64,000 nucleotides of DNA from Thermoprotei archaeon (GTDB lineage: Archaea; Thermoproteota; Thermoprotei; Gearchaeales; Gearchaeaceae). Positions 19,264-28,553 of the stretch are shown piece after piece. Both the position numbers and the translations under genes were made by a program. The notes beneath the pieces were generated by a model, which worked only from the letters and a program-made list of their open reading frames with translations, was not told the origin of the DNA and searched no databases. The stretch covers positions 10,364 through 74,363 of the forward strand of contig JAFMCU010000006.1 of the NCBI GenBank assembly GCA_017857595.1. Direction: 5' to 3'. Each line of letters opens with the position of its first letter. Position 1 is the first letter of the stretch.

Positions 19264-19821
19264 ATGATTAGAGAGATTAGAGAAAAAATATCAGAATTGA
19301 ATAATAAAATACTTTCCATTCCATCCTTCATTGAAATCGAAAAATTAAAGCTTTTCTATGACCAACAGTGGTACATTGTTAATTATGACCTTAAATCTCT
19401 TGCAATAATGGTTTCCAGAGCAAATAAGCAAGATGAAATCGATTTCTTTATAAATGCAATGTTAGGAGATTATGAAGGATTAAAATTGTTAAGAGACGTT
19501 GCTGAAAAAACAAGAGAACCTATACCTGAAGCAGTTTCATATACACACTATTTATCTTGGCTTGCCAATTATGCAAACACAGGTGAACAGGTTCTCGCTT
19601 TAGTCATAAATTTTCCGATTTGGGCTGAGAAATGCAAAAAGTTGGCAGAAAATTTTAAGGGAAGATATGATATTAAATTTCTTGAATTTTTCGCAAATGC
19701 AAAGTTAAATGAAAAAGAGGCTGAAGATATTATAAAGAGATATGAAGGAAATTATTTAAATATAGCTCGAATGATACAATATTATGAATATCTTTTCTGG
19801 AACGCTATAGTAAAATATTAG
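19264..19821 (+). CDS. TenA/THI-4 family protein
   Basis: QQWYIVNYD, YTHYL, YEYLFW helical heme-oxygenase-like pattern. Confidence 0.75.
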   Translation: MIREIREKISELNNKILSIPSFIEIEKLKLFYDQQWYIVNYDLKSLAIMVSRANKQDEIDFFINAMLGDYEGLKLLRDVAEKTREPIPEAVSYTHYLSWLANYANTGEQVLALVINFPIWAEKCKKLAENFKGRYDIKFLEFFANAKLNEKEAEDIIKRYEGNYLNIARMIQYYEYLFWNAIVKY

Positions 19822-19873
19822 CTCAGCTCTTCTCTTCTTCATCACTTTTCAGAAGCTGCTCGCATCATCATAG
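19821..19873 (-). ncRNA. Box C/D dual-guide sRNA
   Basis: ATGATGA - TGCGAGCAGCTT - CTGA - AAA - GTGATGA - AGAAGAGAAGAG - CTGA; all four boxes are consensus and both guides are 12 nt. Confidence 0.92.
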
Positions 19874-19915
19874 CTTATTTATTACTTTATTAATAATTAA
19901 TGTTAAAAATAAATT

Positions 19916-20854
19916 ATGGCGAGAAAACTCATTATAATTGGTTCTGGACCCGCAGGATACACAGCTGCAATATACGCTGCAAGAGCTTTGATGAATCCTT
20001 TAGTTATCGCAGGTTACAATCATGGAGGGCAACTTATGTTAACTACTTTAGTGGAAAACTTCCCAGGATTTTCAAAGGGAATATTGGGACCTGAACTTAT
20101 GCAAGAAATGAGATTGCAAGCGGAAAACTTAGGAGCGGAAATAATTGATAGGGATGCTACAAAAGTAGATTTTTCAAGCAGACCTTTTAAAATTTGGGTT
20201 GAAGATGAAATGTATGAAGCTTGGGCTGTAATTGTTGCAACCGGCGCTAGACCCAAATGGCTAAAAGTAAAAGGCGAGAAAGAATTTGTTGGAAGAGGTG
20301 TTTCGACTTGTGCACCGTGTGATGCACCTTTTTTTAAAAATAAGAATGTGATCGTTGTTGGTGGAGGTGATAGCGCAATGGAAGAGGCTTTAGAATTAAG
20401 CAAGCACGTAAACTCTGTTACAGTTGTTCATAGAAGAGATGAACTAAGAGCAAGCAAAATACTTCAAGAAAGAGCATTCAAGAATCCTAAAATAAACTTC
20501 AAATGGTCCCATGTTGTAACTGAGATTGTAGGAGATAAAACAGTTCAAGGCGTATATTTAAAAAATCTAAAAACAAATGATGTTTATTTCTTTAAATGTG
20601 ATGGTGTTTTTTTGGCTATAGGACATGAACCTAATACTGAAATATTTGGAGGACAACTTGAAATGGATGAAAAAGGATACATCGTAGCAAGAGATTTTAC
20701 TAGAACAAGTGTTGAAGGTGTATTTGTTGCTGGAGAAGCAACTGATTACAAATATAGACAAGCAATTTCAGCTGCTGGAGACGGCTGCAAAGCTGCTCTT
20801 GACGCAATAAATTATGTTGAAGAATTAAAGGCAAAAGGTATTATAAAAGATTAA
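19916..20854 (+). CDS. trxB: Thioredoxin reductase
   Basis: GSGPAG, CAPC, GGGDSA, HRR. Confidence 0.96.
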   Translation: MARKLIIIGSGPAGYTAAIYAARALMNPLVIAGYNHGGQLMLTTLVENFPGFSKGILGPELMQEMRLQAENLGAEIIDRDATKVDFSSRPFKIWVEDEMYEAWAVIVATGARPKWLKVKGEKEFVGRGVSTCAPCDAPFFKNKNVIVVGGGDSAMEEALELSKHVNSVTVVHRRDELRASKILQERAFKNPKINFKWSHVVTEIVGDKTVQGVYLKNLKTNDVYFFKCDGVFLAIGHEPNTEIFGGQLEMDEKGYIVARDFTRTSVEGVFVAGEATDYKYRQAISAAGDGCKAALDAINYVEELKAKGIIKD

Positions 20855-21511
20855 GTGAAGAAAGCTATCTTAGTAGATATAGATGATTGCATAATAGATG
20901 TTACAAATAGGAAAGCTAAGATTTTTTCGTTTATATTGAATAGGAAAATAACAAAAAAGGATGTAATTGGCAAAAGGACTGCTGAAGTGCTGAGTCAATA
21001 CGTAAATCAAAAAGAAATTCAAAAATACAGGAAAAGATTTTGGGAAATAGCATTTTGCTTAGATAAAATAGGTCTGAATTTTTTAAAGTACGACAAACCT
21101 GTACCTTATTCTCGTAAGGTGCTTAGGAAGATTTCAAATAATTATGAAATTCTTTACATATCGAGCAGAATAGAAAGCATGTTAAACATTTCTATAGAAC
21201 AACTTAAAAAATTCAACTTCCCATATTATAATAACGTCTATCATGCATCAGATTCGTACTTTCTTATGGACATAAAATCAGCAAGAAGCGATGTTCTATC
21301 AAAAATTCCCAAAAATTATGAATATTTCTGTGTGATTGATGATATGCCTGATAACTTTGAACTTTATAAATTAATCAAAATTCCACATATAGTTGGGTTC
21401 TTAAGATATGTTGTATTAGATGAGAAGCAATATTGGCTTAACGGTGCGACATATGTCTTTAAAAACTGGAAGAATTTTCCATTTGAAATATTTAATGATA
21501 CCAAGAAATAA
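20855..21511 (+). CDS. HAD-superfamily hydrolase
   Basis: LVDIDD motif I, ISSR motif II, IDD motif IV. Confidence 0.8.
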   Translation: MKKAILVDIDDCIIDVTNRKAKIFSFILNRKITKKDVIGKRTAEVLSQYVNQKEIQKYRKRFWEIAFCLDKIGLNFLKYDKPVPYSRKVLRKISNNYEILYISSRIESMLNISIEQLKKFNFPYYNNVYHASDSYFLMDIKSARSDVLSKIPKNYEYFCVIDDMPDNFELYKLIKIPHIVGFLRYVVLDEKQYWLNGATYVFKNWKNFPFEIFNDTKK

Positions 21512-22484
21512 TACTTAAACCTTTCTGAAAATCTCTATAATTTCTCTTCAAAAGTTTAAGTGATTTTTCATCAAAATTTAATTCATCCATTTTATAGGCA
21601 ATAACAACAGCACCTAAAAGAGAACTCATTTTGACAATCTTTATCTTTGCATCAGGTAATTTAGAAGTTATCATTTCTTTGATCAAATCAATGTATATTT
21701 TATTCTTAATTGTATTTACAATTCCACCTGTTAAGTAAACATCTTTACTCTTAGTTTTTTCACTTATTACCTTCACACCTTCAGAAATTTCATCAGCTTC
21801 TTCTCTCAATATCTCATAAATTTGTCTATCCTTTTCAGCTCTGCCTATTATAAAAGAGGCAAGTTTAGCAATATCCTTTACTTTCCAATCAGTATAAACG
21901 TAACTAGCAATTTCATCAAAACTTTTAATTTTAATTAATTTAGCAATTTCATATCCTATTATAGGCATGGGTATTCTACCATCATAACCTTTCAGTATTA
22001 GGGATAGGACCTTGATAGATATTCTATAAGCACTGCCTTCATCACCTAATATATGTCCCCAATCGCAAATCCTATAATAATTTCCTTTTTCATCATAACC
22101 TGCAACTAAAGAACCTGTACCTAATATTACAATAATACCTTTTTTACCCAATGTTGTTGCATGCAAAGCAGCTTCGCCATCATGTACGATTTTTATTTTA
22201 CTTGCATAATGCTTTTCAGCAATTCTTTTAAGCATTCTTTTATAATCAACACCACTGTTAATCCCTGCTAAAGAGAAACAAGCTGAAGTAAAAACATAAT
22301 TAAAATTTATAGATTTTTTTGCTTTCAATATAGCATCTTCAATGTTTTTTATAGCTTCTTCTATACCAACACTTTGGTAATTAGAAGGACCGGAATTACC
22401 TAATGATAGTATTTCCAATGAGTCATTAGTTATCAATGCCAAAGTTTTCGAACCACCACCGTCAACTGCGAGATAATATTTCAT
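21492..22484 (-). CDS. BadF/BadG family sugar kinase (GlcNAc kinase-like)
   Basis: VDGGGSKT, HD, GTGS, WGHILGDEGS. Confidence 0.88.
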   Translation of the reverse strand: MKYYLAVDGGGSKTLALITNDSLEILSLGNSGPSNYQSVGIEEAIKNIEDAILKAKKSINFNYVFTSACFSLAGINSGVDYKRMLKRIAEKHYASKIKIVHDGEAALHATTLGKKGIIVILGTGSLVAGYDEKGNYYRICDWGHILGDEGSAYRISIKVLSLILKGYDGRIPMPIIGYEIAKLIKIKSFDEIASYVYTDWKVKDIAKLASFIIGRAEKDRQIYEILREEADEISEGVKVISEKTKSKDVYLTGGIVNTIKNKIYIDLIKEMITSKLPDAKIKIVKMSSLLGAVVIAYKMDELNFDEKSLKLLKRNYRDFQKGLSIISWYH

Positions 22485-22524
22485 GAATGTTATAAAATAA
22501 ATTCTAATCCAATATTATAAAACC

Positions 22525-23304
22525 ATGGATTTGGGAATTAAAGGAAAGAAAGTTATTGTCACAGCAGCTTCAAAAGGGCTAGGATTTGCTTCAGCAAAGA
22601 TACTTTTAATGAATGGAGCAAAAGTTATAATAAGTTCTTCCAATGAAGAGAACTTGAAATTAGCATATGATAATTTAAAAAATCTTGGAGAGTTAAGTTA
22701 TTTTAAAGCAGACCTATCTAAGAAAGAAGATATTGATGCACTTTTTAATTTTGCTTTTGAGAAATTTAATTCCATCGATATATTAGTATACGTAACTGGA
22801 AGTCCAAAAGCAGGAAAATTTATGGAGCTTAAAGATGAAGACTGGAATTATGCTTCAAACTTATTACTATTGAGCGCTGTAAGATGCGCAAAACGTGCTG
22901 CGGAATTGATGAAAAACGGTGGGAGAATAATATTTTCTGCTTCAGCTGCTATTAAAGAACCAATAATGGATTTAGCATTAAGTAATGTGATAAGAATATC
23001 AATTGCAGGATTGGTAAAAACATTAAGTAAAGAGTTAGCTTCAAAGGGAATACTTGTTAATGCTGTTTTACCTGGATATATATTCACTGATAGAGTTAAA
23101 CAAATCGTAAAAAATAGGGCAAATAAAGAAAAAATTACAGAAGAAGAAGCTTTAAAAAGTATAACAAAGGATATTCCTTTGGGAAGGATAGGAGATCCCG
23201 AGGAATTCGCTAATGTAGTATTATTTCTTGCATCAAACTTATCTAGCTACGTAAATGGCGCATGTATCCCTGTTGATGGTGGAATGCTGAAAAGTGTTTT
23301 TTAA
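22525..23304 (+). CDS. SDR family oxidoreductase
   Basis: TAASKGLG, SNVIR, PG, PLGRIGDPEE, VDGG. Confidence 0.92.
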   Translation: MDLGIKGKKVIVTAASKGLGFASAKILLMNGAKVIISSSNEENLKLAYDNLKNLGELSYFKADLSKKEDIDALFNFAFEKFNSIDILVYVTGSPKAGKFMELKDEDWNYASNLLLLSAVRCAKRAAELMKNGGRIIFSASAAIKEPIMDLALSNVIRISIAGLVKTLSKELASKGILVNAVLPGYIFTDRVKQIVKNRANKEKITEEEALKSITKDIPLGRIGDPEEFANVVLFLASNLSSYVNGACIPVDGGMLKSVF

Positions 23305-23324
23305 CTGATATGTAATTTTTCTTT

Positions 23325-23831
23325 ATGGAATCAAAATTGGATAAAAAAGATTTGAAGATTTTAAGTATAATTCAAAAGAATTGCCAATTAACAAGTAGGG
23401 AGATTGCAAAAAAAATTGGTTCACCAATTACCACTGTTTTCTCTAAAATTAAAAGAATGGAAAAAATAGGGATTATAAAAGGCTATAGGGCTATCGTTGA
23501 TCCTAATAAATTAGGTTTTTCTACAACAGCTTTTATTTTAGCCTCTGTTTCATACGCAATTAAAAATGAGAATGGAGGTTTATCACAAAGGGATATAGCT
23601 AATGAAATTGCAAAGTTTCCTGAAGTTCAAGAAATACATATAATAACAGGTGATTGGGATTTAATGATAAAAGTTAAAGCTGAAAATGTGGATAAAATGG
23701 GTAAATTTGTTATTGATAAGCTCAGATTGGTTAAGGGAATAGAAAAAACTTTGACATGTGTGGTTTTTGAGACAATCAAAGAAACTACAGAAGTTCCAAT
23801 TAATTTAATTGAGAATTTATCTCCTGAATAG
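23325..23831 (+). CDS. Lrp/AsnC transcriptional regulator
   Basis: LDKKDLKIL HTH, GIIKGY, ITGDWD. Confidence 0.93.
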   Translation: MESKLDKKDLKILSIIQKNCQLTSREIAKKIGSPITTVFSKIKRMEKIGIIKGYRAIVDPNKLGFSTTAFILASVSYAIKNENGGLSQRDIANEIAKFPEVQEIHIITGDWDLMIKVKAENVDKMGKFVIDKLRLVKGIEKTLTCVVFETIKETTEVPINLIENLSPE

Positions 23832-25146
23832 CATGATTGACTATTTCTTTAGCTAAACCAAGATAATTTTTTGGATTTAATAAAATTTTTAACTCTTCTC
23901 TGGTTAATAAACTCCTTATATATTCATTTTTTAACAATTCATCTTCAAAATTCAAATCACTTTCATAACTTTTAATTGCTGTATCTCTTACGATTTTATA
24001 TGCCAAATCTCTAGGCAGCCCTTTTTCAACAAGTCTTAGCATGACATTCTCTGAAAGATTTGTTCCATGCAATAAGTTAAGATTTCTTGTTATATTTTTT
24101 TCGTTGACTCTAAGATTCTTAAGAATGTCTATGATTTCGTTTAAGATATAATCTGTTAAAATGAATGAATGCGCTATTATAATCCTTTCATTTGCGCTAT
24201 TTGTTAGATCTCTTTCATGTTCTAATGCAATATTTTCAATCGATACATTTACCAAGCTCCTTAAATATCTCGCTAAACTACAAATCCTTTCAGATCGATG
24301 CGGATTCCTTTTATGTGGCATCGTAGAAGAACCTGCTTGATGTTCTAAAAAAGGTTCTTGAACTTCAGCTATTTCTGTTCGTTGTAAATTTCTTATTTCT
24401 TTAGCGATTTTTTCCAAATTTGCAGCTATAATTGAGTTTACATAAATAAAATCTGCAAATATATCTCTTTGAACAACCTGATTTGATACTAGACTAGGCT
24501 TTATTCCTAGCTTCTCCATTACTAAATTTTGAAGCTCCATACCTTTTTCACCAAATCCAGCCATAGTGCCAACAGCTCCACTCATCTTTCCTATAATGTT
24601 ATTATTTTCTAAAAATTCGACCCTCTTTAAGCATCTAAGCATATCATAAGCCCATAGAGCAAATTTCATTCCATAAGTTGTAGGTAATGCATGCTGGCCA
24701 TGAGTTCTTCCTATGCAGGCCAATTCTTTATATTCATCAGCTTTTTCTAACAAAATTTTTATAAAATTAGCAATTTTCCCTTTGATGATTCCTAAAGATT
24801 GACTAAAAGCAAGTGCCCAGGCTGTATCTTCAATATCATAACTTGTAGCGCCCTTATGAACATATCTTCCATAGTTGTTTTCACAAACTTCTGATAAAGC
24901 ATTCACAACAGCCAAAAGATCATGGTCAATCTTCTTTTCGATTTCTTTAATCCTATCTATTGAAACATATTTTAAGTTTGCTTTTTTCGAAATTTCCATT
25001 GCTGCTTCTTTAGGAATAATGCCAAATTCAGCTTGGGCTTCTGCTAGCACAGCTTCAACTCTTAGCCATCTTTCAATTTTAGCTTCTTCACTAAAAATTT
25101 TTTTCATTTCATCAGTTGCATATCTTGAATAAACAGGACAGGACAT
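23800..25146 (-). CDS. purB: Adenylosuccinate lyase
   Basis: HKGATSYD, RTHGQHA, GSSTMPHKRNP. Confidence 0.96.
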   Translation of the reverse strand: MSCPVYSRYATDEMKKIFSEEAKIERWLRVEAVLAEAQAEFGIIPKEAAMEISKKANLKYVSIDRIKEIEKKIDHDLLAVVNALSEVCENNYGRYVHKGATSYDIEDTAWALAFSQSLGIIKGKIANFIKILLEKADEYKELACIGRTHGQHALPTTYGMKFALWAYDMLRCLKRVEFLENNNIIGKMSGAVGTMAGFGEKGMELQNLVMEKLGIKPSLVSNQVVQRDIFADFIYVNSIIAANLEKIAKEIRNLQRTEIAEVQEPFLEHQAGSSTMPHKRNPHRSERICSLARYLRSLVNVSIENIALEHERDLTNSANERIIIAHSFILTDYILNEIIDILKNLRVNEKNITRNLNLLHGTNLSENVMLRLVEKGLPRDLAYKIVRDTAIKSYESDLNFEDELLKNEYIRSLLTREELKILLNPKNYLGLAKEIVNHAIQEINSQLN

Positions 25147-25213
25147 ACAATAAATAATTCTTAAGATAAAATAAATATGAAAGAAATTTATTTATCTAAA
25201 TCTTTAGCTTAAT

Positions 25214-25633
25214 ATGTCTATTTCAAAAATAATTTTATCTATAATAGCAACACTAATATTGATTTTTTCTTTAATCATATCTCTAAATGTCTTTTCATAT
25301 TTAGCCTATCAAAAATTGTATTCGTTGAATGACATAGCAAATTTTTTCGGAGGAATCTATGTTTTTATTTCCTTACTTATAGGAATATTCGCTTCTTTTC
25401 TATTCATGTATTGGTCCTTACCAAAAACAATAGTTAATGAAACAATAGAGCTTACAAAAGAAATATCAAATACACTGAATAAAATAAGAGATGAAATATT
25501 GGTGATACAAGAAGTGGATAAAAATTTAAATTATAAAATAAATGAGAATTCAAATAAACTAAATGAACTTGAAGAGAGAATAGTTGCTTTAGAAAAATTG
25601 GTAATAGAAATTAGTTCATTAATTAAAAAATAA
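25214..25633 (+). CDS. Hypothetical membrane protein (2 TM plus coiled coil)
   Basis: Two hydrophobic segments and a C-terminal heptad region. Confidence 0.65.
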   Translation: MSISKIILSIIATLILIFSLIISLNVFSYLAYQKLYSLNDIANFFGGIYVFISLLIGIFASFLFMYWSLPKTIVNETIELTKEISNTLNKIRDEILVIQEVDKNLNYKINENSNKLNELEERIVALEKLVIEISSLIKK

Positions 25634-25957
25634 TTAGCTTTCTTCTTTTATCTTCTTAGCTAACTCTTCAACTATTTGTAACCTTGTTTTACCTTCAACA
25701 GAAATACCCTTTCTCCTAGCAGCTTCGATCAAAGGATCATCATATTGTTTTTGCTGGATTGTTGATTGTTGGAGAATTGGTTGCGTATTTTGTTTAGGTT
25801 GAATATATGTTTCGCTCATCGCTTTTCTAAATTCTCTAACAGCTTCACCAAAACTTTTAGCAATTTCTGGTACTTTTCTAGAACCAAAAAGTATCAGTAA
25901 TATGAATATTAATAATATTAACGTAGGTATATCGAAAGCGTCATAAAGATAAATCAT
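25634..25957 (-). CDS. tatA: Twin-arginine translocase TatA
   Basis: LILFGSRKVPEIAKSFGEAVREFRKA. Confidence 0.92.
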   Translation of the reverse strand: MIYLYDAFDIPTLILLIFILLILFGSRKVPEIAKSFGEAVREFRKAMSETYIQPKQNTQPILQQSTIQQKQYDDPLIEAARRKGISVEGKTRLQIVEELAKKIKEES

Positions 25958-26001
25958 ATATTACTACATTTTCTTAATACTTCAGTATATATTTATTATT
26001 T

Positions 26002-26778
26002 TTGGCAATGGAAAAAAGCTATTTTTGGGAGGAATTAGAAGAATTGGTTAAGATACTTAAAAAAATAGTATACCTATTCATTATATTGTTTGGCATTTTT
26101 TTAATACTTCCTAGTCCTGAAGCTTTTACTTTGAATAATCAAAACATATTTTTCTATGATTTATTCATATTCTGGCTTTTAAGAGCAGCAGAAAAAAGTT
26201 ATTTACCATCTGGGACGATGATATTTGCACCTACAATAACAGCGCCTCTTTTTGCAATTCTTTATCTAGCTTTTTTATTAGCGCTATCCATAACAATACC
26301 CTTTGCAAGCTTAGAAATATATCGGTTCGTTGCACCTGCACTATATAGAAGAGAGAGATTGGCTATAAGAAAGTATGTATTACCTTTTGCAATACTCTAT
26401 CTATTTGGATTTTTCTTTACGATATTTTTCATTTTACCGTTAACTTTTAAAATGCTTTTATATTGGTATCAACCATTAGGTATAGTTCCACTTGTAAGCA
26501 TTTCAAGCTTTATATACATAATAGTTATACTTCCTATACTAGGAGGACTTTTATTTTGCATTCCTGTATTTTTATTGCCTTTAATAGAACTAGGTGCATT
26601 AAAAACTAAAACACTAACAAAAAATCGCATACTTGTGTATCTTATAATTGCTTTTATTGCAGGTTTAATTAGCCCAGACCCAACCATGTTAAGTGTGATA
26701 CCGATTTTAATTCCTATTTACATTTTATACGAAATCACAATCCTTTTAGGAAAGAGAATAGAAAAAAGATTGAATTAA
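26002..26778 (+). CDS. tatC: Twin-arginine translocase TatC
   Basis: FVAPALYRRE, ISPDP, LYE; multiple TM segments. Confidence 0.88.
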   Translation: MAMEKSYFWEELEELVKILKKIVYLFIILFGIFLILPSPEAFTLNNQNIFFYDLFIFWLLRAAEKSYLPSGTMIFAPTITAPLFAILYLAFLLALSITIPFASLEIYRFVAPALYRRERLAIRKYVLPFAILYLFGFFFTIFFILPLTFKMLLYWYQPLGIVPLVSISSFIYIIVILPILGGLLFCIPVFLLPLIELGALKTKTLTKNRILVYLIIAFIAGLISPDPTMLSVIPILIPIYILYEITILLGKRIEKRLN

Positions 26779-27794
26779 TTTTTCGTAGAAAGAAGTGCTC
26801 TTCCAAGAGTTGATTTATTTAGCATCATTTCATGCACTTCATTAGCTTTACTTAAAGGATATATTGAATGTATAATTGGCACAATCTTACCTTCCGAAGT
26901 CAATTTTAAAGCTTCATAAACATCCAGCTTTCTAGAACTATAGTTACCTATAATACTTACTTCTCTAAGAATTAATGAGCCCAAAGCGACACTTACTGAT
27001 TGTGCATTAACATTGCCAATAATGATAACTTTTCCTCCCCATTTTACACTTCTAAAGCTTTGTTCAAAAGTTGGTTGACCTACCGTTTCAATCACAATGT
27101 CCACTCCTTCTTTGTTTGTTAAACTCTTAACATCTTCAGAGAATTTATCCTTGGTTATTATAATTTCATCTACACCAACTTCTTTAATTTTTTTAGCTTT
27201 CCATTCGGATGAAGTAACAGCAATAACCCTTGCACCATATGCTTTTGCAATTTGAACAGCATGTATTCCTACACCTCCACCCGCACCTGTTACCAAAACA
27301 TTATCGTTTTCTTTAACATTCGGCTTTATTGCATGTACCAGCATTCCTGTTACACAAGAAGCAATTACCGCAGCTTCGATGGGAACATTTTTAGGAATTA
27401 ATATTAAGCTCCTTTCATTTACTTTTACATACTCCGCATATCCTCCATTCAAATCTTCACCATAAGTTTGTCTATTTCTGCAAAGATTTTCAAGACCTAT
27501 TCTACAATACTTGCATGTACCATCGGGTATATATATCAAAGAACATACATCGTCACCGATTTGAAAATTCTTAACTTCATTTCCTTTAGCTACCACCTTC
27601 CCAGCTATTTCATGTCCTAGAATTATTGGTAGCTTAACTCTTGGTTGCAGACCTTTTGCAGTTAATATATCTCTAAAGCATACACCTGTTATATCTTGTT
27701 TTATTATTACTTCGTCTTTTTCTAAATTTATCGGTTTATCTACATCTACATACTCTAAAGGTTGGCTAAAATTTCTTAATATTACAGCTCTCAA
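26775..27794 (-). CDS. Zn-dependent MDR oxidoreductase (acryloyl-CoA reductase-like)
   Basis: CFRD, LGHE, YIPDGTCKYC(x7)C, CVTGM, GAGGGVG. Confidence 0.85.
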   Translation of the reverse strand: MRAVILRNFSQPLEYVDVDKPINLEKDEVIIKQDITGVCFRDILTAKGLQPRVKLPIILGHEIAGKVVAKGNEVKNFQIGDDVCSLIYIPDGTCKYCRIGLENLCRNRQTYGEDLNGGYAEYVKVNERSLILIPKNVPIEAAVIASCVTGMLVHAIKPNVKENDNVLVTGAGGGVGIHAVQIAKAYGARVIAVTSSEWKAKKIKEVGVDEIIITKDKFSEDVKSLTNKEGVDIVIETVGQPTFEQSFRSVKWGGKVIIIGNVNAQSVSVALGSLILREVSIIGNYSSRKLDVYEALKLTSEGKIVPIIHSIYPLSKANEVHEMMLNKSTLGRALLSTKN

Positions 27795-27818
27795 TGTAAA
27801 TAAAAGATAACATTATAA

Positions 27819-28553
27819 CTATAATACTGTTTCTATTAAGCTAAGAATTTTATTAAAGTCTTCATCTTTCTTATGCTTCTTGTAATTCATTAAAATTTTC
27901 CTAATTATATTTAGAAAATGCTCATTATTTTTTAATATTTTTGTAATTATTTCATTTTGATACAACAAATATGATAAAATACTTGTCAGATTTTTTGGAT
28001 TCCGCTTAACACTCGCTGATTCGAAATCTATAATTTTAACTTTATAATCACTTGTAATCAAAACATGCTTATTCGGTCTTGAAAGTTCACCATGATCAAT
28101 GCCAAGTTTATCTAGTTTTCTACACTGAATTAACAATTCAATTATTACTTTTTTTATCTCATTAAAATTTGATGCTTGTATAAAATTATCAATTTGAAAA
28201 CCTTCAATGTATTCCATTATTAAAAAATCCTTTGAGCGTTTATATAGAATAGGTCCTATGCTTTCAGAATTTACTTTTTTTAGTATGTTAGCTTCATGTA
28301 GTAATGTCTTTCTACTTGAATCAGTTCTTCTTATCTTAATAGCAACTTCTTTACCATTATAGATTGCTTTTACCACGATTGAATTTGTACCTTTACCTAA
28401 TATTCTAAAATTGTTAATCTTTATAGCTCCAAAATTTATGATTCTTTCTATTCCTAATTCATTCAATCTTTTTATTCTTCTTTTAGCTTCACATTTTGAA
28501 AATTTAGGATAACAAACTATTTTATGAAGATCTTTATTAATTTCCAACATCAA
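27819..28553 (-). CDS. Protein-kinase-like (RIO/Bud32-fold) protein
   Basis: GKGTNSIV, VAIK, HEA, HGELS, IIDFE. Confidence 0.85.
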   Translation of the reverse strand: MMLEINKDLHKIVCYPKFSKCEAKRRIKRLNELGIERIINFGAIKINNFRILGKGTNSIVVKAIYNGKEVAIKIRRTDSSRKTLLHEANILKKVNSESIGPILYKRSKDFLIMEYIEGFQIDNFIQASNFNEIKKVIIELLIQCRKLDKLGIDHGELSRPNKHVLITSDYKVKIIDFESASVKRNPKNLTSILSYLLYQNEIITKILKNNEHFLNIIRKILMNYKKHKKDEDFNKILSLIETVL

